Shown: piece by piece, positions 58,209 through 64,000 of the stretch
Position numbering within the stretch: position 1 is the first letter of the stretch
Layout of the letters: every line of letters begins with the position of its first letter
Source of the DNA: Candidatus Moraniibacteriota bacterium
GTDB lineage: Bacteria; Patescibacteriota; Minisyncoccia; Moranbacterales; UBA1568
NCBI GenBank assembly: GCA_028688415.1
Contig: JAQTYF010000001.1
Location: forward strand, 208,627 to 272,626
Direction of reading: 5' to 3'
Length of the DNA stretch: 64,000 nucleotides
Notes under the pieces: generated by a model
The model's input: the letters and a program-made list of their open reading frames with translations, nothing else
What the model was told of the DNA's origin: nothing
Databases searched by the model: none
Program-made: the position numbers and the translations under genes

Positions 58209-60101
58209 TCATGCCGGAAAGTATTCCTCAAACCAGAGTTCGAGGGTGAGAAGTGCCCAAATATGAGGTGAGAAGTTTATATTCGTATTGCAGTGTTGGT
58301 CGAGAATGTGTTGGATGTATTCTTTTTTGAGAAGACCGTCTTTTACGAGACGACCATCAAGAAGTTTCTCTCTCGTATAGTCTTTGAGTTCATTGCGAAA
58401 CCAATGGGCAATCGGAATACCAAATCCCATCTTTGGTCGAAACATCACCTCATCGGGGATGAGGCCTCGTAACGCTTCTTTGAGAATATACTTTTTGTTA
58501 TTGAGACCCTTGAGCTTCAAGTGAAATGGTATTTGTGCTGTAAGTTCGAGGAATTCATGATCCAAAAAAGGGGAGCGTCCTTCGAGAGATACTGCCATTG
58601 TGGCAATATCGACTTTTGTCATAAGATCTTCTGGAAGATATGTTATAAAATCAGCATAGACAGCTTGTTCTGTCCGATTTTTCGAACCTGATTTTCTGAA
58701 TTCTCGAGCAATGATGTCGTATGTATCCTGATCCCAGACTTTTTTCTTGAACTCATCCGTATAAAGCGCGGACTTTTGTTCGTTTGTGAAATAGGCCGTG
58801 TAAGAAAGGTAGCGCCTGCGATAATCATCAGAAATACTTTTTGAGAAACGATGGAGTCGATCGAAAAATGTATTTTTTATACTGTTTTTGAGAAAGCGTG
58901 TTATCGGTTCTCCAAATAATTTATTGAGAATATTAAAGTGATCTAGGAGAGTGGATATTTGAAAAGCACTATACCTACTATACCCAGCAAAGTTTTCATC
59001 GCCCCCATCACCATTGAGAGCGACTGTGACGTGTGCTCGGGTAAGCTTGGCAACATAATAGGTCGGAAGAGCGCTGGAATCGGCATAAGGTTCCTCGTAT
59101 TGCTTGACGAGCATCGGAAGGAGATGGATAGCATCAGGCTTTACGATGAATTCGGTATGATCCGTTTTGAACTTGTCCGCAATTATTTTTGCGTATTTCA
59201 GTTCGTTGAATTTTTCTTCATCAAAGCCTATGGAAAATGTTTTTATCGGAGTAGGGGAATTCTTGGCCATCAGGGCAACGATGGCACTGGAATCAATACC
59301 GCCAGAGAGGAATGCACCGATAGGAACATCAGAAATCATACGAAGTCTGACAGACTCATCGAGTTTATCAATGACGCGTTTCTTCCATTCTTCTTCAGAA
59401 AGATCAAGTTTTTTGGAATAGTCGAGTTTCCAGTATGACTCGTTCTCTACTTTTTTTGTTTTGAGATCGATGAAGAGATAGTGGGCTGGCTGGAGCTTCT
59501 TGATACCGACGAATCCAGTGAGTGGTGCTGGAACGTACTGAAGCGTCAAATAATGATGTATAGCGACGTAGTCAGGCTCCTTGTGGTATTCGGGCTGAGT
59601 CAGGATGGCTTTGAGCTCTGAAGCGAATAGAAAGACATTCTCGTCTATGTAATATTTGAAGGGCTTTTTGCCAACTCGGTCCCGAGTACAAAAGAGTGTT
59701 TGTTCTTGTTCATCGTAGATAGCAAAAGCAAACATACCTCTCAGATGCTTCACACATTCTTTTCCGTATTTGTCATAGAGAGCGAGAATCACTTCTGTAT
59801 CGGAATGAGAAACAAAAGTGTACCCTTCTTTTTCAAGTAAATCTCTCTTTTCTTGGAAGTTATAGATTTCTCCATTGAAAACAATTTCGTACCGATCCAT
59901 ATAGCGCATCGGCTGATGACCGAGTGGAGAGAGGTCGATGATAGAGAGTCTCCTATGACCGAGACCTACTTTGTTATCAGGAGAAATATATGCACCGCCA
60001 TCATCGGGACCACGATGTTTGATAGCATTATTCATCGTCTCAATTTCTTGAGGCGTGATGTCTTTTTTGTTGAATGAGATTTTACCAGTGATTCCGCACA
60101 T
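58209..60101 (-). CDS. asnB: Glutamine-hydrolysing asparagine synthetase family amidotransferase (glycan-associated)
   Basis: MCGI, HRGPD, GHRRLSIID, FNGEIYN, LSGGIDSS, GDGGDE. Confidence 0.92.
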   Translation of the reverse strand: MCGITGKISFNKKDITPQEIETMNNAIKHRGPDDGGAYISPDNKVGLGHRRLSIIDLSPLGHQPMRYMDRYEIVFNGEIYNFQEKRDLLEKEGYTFVSHSDTEVILALYDKYGKECVKHLRGMFAFAIYDEQEQTLFCTRDRVGKKPFKYYIDENVFLFASELKAILTQPEYHKEPDYVAIHHYLTLQYVPAPLTGFVGIKKLQPAHYLFIDLKTKKVENESYWKLDYSKKLDLSEEEWKKRVIDKLDESVRLRMISDVPIGAFLSGGIDSSAIVALMAKNSPTPIKTFSIGFDEEKFNELKYAKIIADKFKTDHTEFIVKPDAIHLLPMLVKQYEEPYADSSALPTYYVAKLTRAHVTVALNGDGGDENFAGYSRYSAFQISTLLDHFNILNKLFGEPITRFLKNSIKNTFFDRLHRFSKSISDDYRRRYLSYTAYFTNEQKSALYTDEFKKKVWDQDTYDIIAREFRKSGSKNRTEQAVYADFITYLPEDLMTKVDIATMAVSLEGRSPFLDHEFLELTAQIPFHLKLKGLNNKKYILKEALRGLIPDEVMFRPKMGFGIPIAHWFRNELKDYTREKLLDGRLVKDGLLKKEYIQHILDQHCNTNINFSPHIWALLTLELWFEEYFPA

Positions 60102-60149
60102 AAGACAGTCAACAAATAACAATTAACAGAAAGTAATCAAAAAAGTACG

Positions 60150-61328
60150 TTATTTCTTATTATCGAGGAGTTTGGAGAAAATTTCAAGGTATTGATTGAT
60201 TGCGTGGTCCCAAGAAAATTTATTTTTTACTTCTTGGTAAGCATTTTGACCAAAGAGGATTCGTTTCTCAGGATGATCGATCAAGTCAGTAAGTTTTTCT
60301 CTGAGTTGCTCGATATTCTTTGGTTCGATAAGATAACCATCGCCGTTTCCAGAAATAACTTCTGACGTACCACCCACATTGGTAGCGATTATAGCTTTCT
60401 GGCAAAGCGCTGATTCAGTGACAGATGTCGGGAGGCCTTCGGTATAGCTTGGATTGACGACGATATCGGCAGTTTTCAGAACACTAATAGCTTCATCAAA
60501 GGGGAGGTTGCCGAAAAAAACTATTTGATCTTCGAGATTATAGGTAGTTGCCATTTTTTTTAATCTCATTTCTTCTGGGCCACCGCCAATAATGAAGGTG
60601 ACGATGTTATTTCGCTTCATTTGAGCGATGGCGGTGATGAGATCATGTGCCCCTTTGCCATCGATCAGTCGTCCGATAAATGCGATGATGGTTTTGTCTT
60701 GATATTTTTCCTTCAAGTCTCGGTGAAGTATGCATTTTTCTATTCCTGCGATATTAGCACCGCGATAAATCACACTACAATCATTTCTTCCAGAAAGTTT
60801 CCGTACGAAATCAGCTGAAGCAGAGGAATTGCCAATGACACAATTGGCCGATCGGAGAATACAACGTCCGAATGTCCAATCGTAGAATTTGGCAAGTAGA
60901 GTTTTTATACTTCCATTGAATTGAGCAAAATCGGAACCATGCTCGATGTGGACAAGGGGAATATTATTTTTCCGTGCGTATCGAAGAGCCATCAGAGAAG
61001 GGAAAAAGAATCGGGTACGAGAAATGATGATATCGTAATTTTCATCAGAAAGAGAATTCCATCTTTGCCAAAAATTCGTTTGCCAGAATTTTGGTATCGG
61101 ATAATTGTGAATGGGTTCGAAAGCGGAGAAACGGATTATTTTGACATCGTTATGATGAATTTCGGTTTCTGGAGCATCCTCTGGCAGACGTGGGGTGAAA
61201 ACAGAAAGAGTCACATTTCTTTGTGAAAGATGTTTGTTAAATTCATCGCTATGACTCTCGAGTCCACCGATATGTGGTGGATAGAATGGCGAGAAGATAA
61301 GGATTTTTTTTACTGGATAATTTTCCAT
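60150..61328 (-). CDS. Glycosyltransferase family 4
   Basis: PHIGGLE, IGRL..KG, PSYTEGLPTSVTES. Confidence 0.9.
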   Translation of the reverse strand: MENYPVKKILIFSPFYPPHIGGLESHSDEFNKHLSQRNVTLSVFTPRLPEDAPETEIHHNDVKIIRFSAFEPIHNYPIPKFWQTNFWQRWNSLSDENYDIIISRTRFFFPSLMALRYARKNNIPLVHIEHGSDFAQFNGSIKTLLAKFYDWTFGRCILRSANCVIGNSSASADFVRKLSGRNDCSVIYRGANIAGIEKCILHRDLKEKYQDKTIIAFIGRLIDGKGAHDLITAIAQMKRNNIVTFIIGGGPEEMRLKKMATTYNLEDQIVFFGNLPFDEAISVLKTADIVVNPSYTEGLPTSVTESALCQKAIIATNVGGTSEVISGNGDGYLIEPKNIEQLREKLTDLIDHPEKRILFGQNAYQEVKNKFSWDHAINQYLEIFSKLLDNKK

Positions 61329-63388
61329 ATATAAATATGATTTGCTTCATCAGAATAGACTTTTTCGAAATAATCAGATTGTTGATTAAAAATAATATGT
61401 TTTTCTTTGTTTTCGAATTTTTTCATATATGGGCGATCGACATAGGGATTTTTTTCACTCGGAGCGGCATAGTAAATATAGTAGGATTTATTCTTACTTA
61501 CCATTTCTTCTGTCGTGTTTTTTGCTTGTTCTATCAGTTCTATCTGACTGAGAATATTTCGTGCCACTTGGACGTTTGATGTCACGTTTTCTGTGTCGAT
61601 ATTTTCGACGGTTGTCTTGAGTGATTCAATAGCTTTCTTCTGATCCGCTTCAGAAAACGGAATTTGTCGACTTTTAAATTCACTCTCGAATACCGTCTCA
61701 TCGAATAAGAAATTTGGGTCCCCGACTTTGATAACTGATGATCCTGAGAAAAAACTCAGCAATCGGCCACTTTCGACGGTGAAGATGGTTCGATTATTGG
61801 GAAGATTTGTATTGATCCACTCAGCAGAAACGAGCTGTGGTTCGGTAATCATATATTTTTTGAGTGTATTGATATATATGGCCGCAGCGATATTGGCAGA
61901 AAATCCGAGAATGATAATCCAGAGAAAAAATTGATTTTTTCCTATAGGAAGAGAGAATAAAGGAATCAGAAAAAAGAGCGCTATCGTTCCGGCGAATACC
62001 CAAGCCCGATCCGGAAGGAGAGCGATACCTGTAAGACGTGGGAGAATCTCTGCGATGATGAAAAAAACGAGAAATATGCATGTGAGTACCTTACCTTCTT
62101 GAGAAAAAAGAAATGATCGTACAATTTTGTTTTTGATAAAATAGAGTAGTGTCACAAAGGTAAGAAGAAGGGGTGGTCCGATGTAAAAAAGATAATATTT
62201 GGCGACACCGAAGAAATCGCCCCAGCCCATCTGATTGCCATCGATATTCACATAATACTGCGGGAAAAGGAGATTCGGTTGTGAATTCAGGAGAGCAGAG
62301 AGTAGTGATTCGATGTGAGAAAAGATGAAAAGAATCGGGCTGTAAAAAGCTGGCAAAGTGATAAAGAGAAGCAGGAATGTGGTGAGTCTGTTTTCTCTGA
62401 CTTTCTGAAAGATTTCTCGTCGGTAATTCCAGAGAGAAAAAAGAATCCAGAGAGCAAGTGGAATAGCGAGTGCTTCGTGGTAAAAAAAACTGAAAAAAAG
62501 AACGGCACCGCCAAGAAAGTAAAAGAAGGTATTTCCAGTAATCAGCGAGTACGTAAGAAAAGCAAAAAAGAAAAATAGTCCAATATTCGCGAGAGCTTGC
62601 GGAATAGGGAGAGTGAGATAAATAACGGTAATGCCGCTTGCAAAAGGAAAGAAAAAAACGATTACTTTTTGTAATGGATGTGAGAATTTTTGTGCAAGTA
62701 GCGCTGTAGGGAAGATGAGAAAGAGAAGAAGTGCTGGAAGAACATATTTGAAATAAGCATAAAAATCAATATGCGCTCCTTGGGTGAAGATGTGTGTGAG
62801 AGATGAGAAAAGCGGACGATGTCCATTGAGTGTTGTTATGGTTTCTGTCTGAAGTTGTGTGCGATATTCAGTTATCCAATAATAGGGGTCGAGGTCTGGA
62901 AGTGGATAATAGGCGGTGATAATGCTGATAACGACGGTAATGTAGAGAATGAATGGTGGGAGAAAATTCTTCGAGAAAAATGTGCCCAACAAATCCTTAT
63001 TATTCAATGGAAATTCTTGGATACTTTCGAGATTTCTTTTTTTATGAAAAAAATATATTCTAGCAATGATGATGAAGATAAGCAAAGCAGTAATGAAAGG
63101 GAGATAAGGAATTAGTGTCTTCAATTCCGTGTATTCGATCGTGAGCAGGAAAGGGAGTAAAAAGAGGGAAAAAACGAGAGCGATATTTATAAATTCGAGA
63201 AGAGAAAACTTTTTTTTCAAGAAATATTGAATGAGAAATGCTAAATTTATTCCTGGGAGAAAAAGAATAAAAGAAAGTTCTATGAAAGATCGAATAATCC
63301 TTGTCGCTGTGAAAGTATCAAGTGGGAGAAAAAAAATAACACAAAAAAGAAAAAGAAAAACAAGATTTATTCGAATAATCCAAGGCAT
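61310..63388 (-). CDS. Large multi-TM membrane protein (GT-C/polymerase-like)
   Basis: Many TM helices, LDPYYW loop motif, soluble C-terminal domain. Confidence 0.7.
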   Translation of the reverse strand: MPWIIRINLVFLFLFCVIFFLPLDTFTATRIIRSFIELSFILFLPGINLAFLIQYFLKKKFSLLEFINIALVFSLFLLPFLLTIEYTELKTLIPYLPFITALLIFIIIARIYFFHKKRNLESIQEFPLNNKDLLGTFFSKNFLPPFILYITVVISIITAYYPLPDLDPYYWITEYRTQLQTETITTLNGHRPLFSSLTHIFTQGAHIDFYAYFKYVLPALLLFLIFPTALLAQKFSHPLQKVIVFFFPFASGITVIYLTLPIPQALANIGLFFFFAFLTYSLITGNTFFYFLGGAVLFFSFFYHEALAIPLALWILFSLWNYRREIFQKVRENRLTTFLLLFITLPAFYSPILFIFSHIESLLSALLNSQPNLLFPQYYVNIDGNQMGWGDFFGVAKYYLFYIGPPLLLTFVTLLYFIKNKIVRSFLFSQEGKVLTCIFLVFFIIAEILPRLTGIALLPDRAWVFAGTIALFFLIPLFSLPIGKNQFFLWIIILGFSANIAAAIYINTLKKYMITEPQLVSAEWINTNLPNNRTIFTVESGRLLSFFSGSSVIKVGDPNFLFDETVFESEFKSRQIPFSEADQKKAIESLKTTVENIDTENVTSNVQVARNILSQIELIEQAKNTTEEMVSKNKSYYIYYAAPSEKNPYVDRPYMKKFENKEKHIIFNQQSDYFEKVYSDEANHIYIWKIIQ

Positions 63389-63391
63389 AAT

Positions 63392-63757
63392 TTAGTTCTC
63401 TGTTTTTTGAATTCCTTCGTCTGACAAGGCGCGATTGCGTGTAACGACAGAAATCTGCTGTTCGAGATGTTCGATGGCGGAGAGGAGTTTGAACATCATA
63501 AGGAAAACAAGGATAAATCCAGTGAGAATAACGGCATTGATATTGCCTTCGATACCGATGATATTGGCCAATGTATTACTGAAAGTAGGAAAAAGAACGA
63601 TAAATACCATACCTCCCCAGACAATAAGTCTCGTCCCTACTTTGAGAAGCGTTTGATTGCCTTTTCCTCGAAGAAAATTGCTTACTCCCTGATAGATCAT
63701 CACTCCAGAGATGATGAGGATGATGATTTGATAAAACTGAAGACTATTGAAATCCAT
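63392..63757 (-). CDS. DUF2304 family membrane protein
   Basis: VW..LFP..LANIIGIEG..IEHLEQQISVVTR; follows a GT2 gene. Confidence 0.8.
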   Translation of the reverse strand: MDFNSLQFYQIIILIISGVMIYQGVSNFLRGKGNQTLLKVGTRLIVWGGMVFIVLFPTFSNTLANIIGIEGNINAVILTGFILVFLMMFKLLSAIEHLEQQISVVTRNRALSDEGIQKTEN

Positions 63758-63768
63758 AGTTGTGTATA

Positions 63769-64000
63769 TTAAGAGATAATATTCCAAATGATTTTGTAGA
63801 GTGTCTTGATACCGTTTATGAAGCCTTGTTTTTGAATTTTTCCCATCGAATACTCCGTATAGCGGACTTCGATAGGCACCTCTGTATATTTTAGCTTATA
63901 AATGTAGATTTCGCGAATAACTTCGCTGTCGTACTCATAACGGTCGGTTTTCGTATTGATGAGTTCGGAAGCGTGACGAGAATAGGCTCGAAATCCTGAT
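63769..64000 (-). CDS. GT2 (DPM1-like) glycosyltransferase, 3' part (truncated by the window edge)
   Basis: Hand translation SGFRAYSR..YEYDSEVI..EVPIEVRYTEYS..KQGFING. Confidence 0.85.
   Translation of the reverse strand, partial: SGFRAYSRHASELINTKTDRYEYDSEVIREIYIYKLKYTEVPIEVRYTEYSMGKIQKQGFINGIKTLYKIIWNIIS

Overview
Bacterial chromosomal window with traits typical of Patescibacteria/CPR (inferred from gene content, weak Shine-Dalgarno signals and GC-rich palindromic spacers). Layout: (1) core genes at 0.5-12.9 kb (engB, glgC, DsbA-like, tRNA-Thr, frameshifted prfB, ftsEX, HD hydrolase, tRNA-Gln). (2) A ~13.5 kb element (12878-26379) integrated at the tRNA-Gln 3' end. It carries a large serine recombinase whose reading frame is split by its own att site, a highly structured 1.4 kb non-coding region, and a defence cargo (NucS-like/DUF5655, EcoRI-type MTase + DUF262-HNH, DUF4297-HerA, a HEPN-like protein and an unknown). 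(3) A co-oriented array of small single-domain genes separated by a degenerate ~30 bp repeat (26.5-30 kb), followed by accessory genes (peroxiredoxin with a CsoR-type operator, two Fic proteins, a large secreted lipase-like protein, AbiE TA). (4) A >24 kb surface-glycan locus with an unusual isomerase/epimerase/kinase-nucleotidyltransferase/phosphatase block. Most striking observations: an intact tRNA-Thr(CGT) nested inside the anticodon loop of a second, split tRNA-Thr-like gene; an integration-dependent C-terminal switch of the serine recombinase; and a candidate non-integron gene-cassette array. All protein assignments come from motif recognition by eye; no searches were run.
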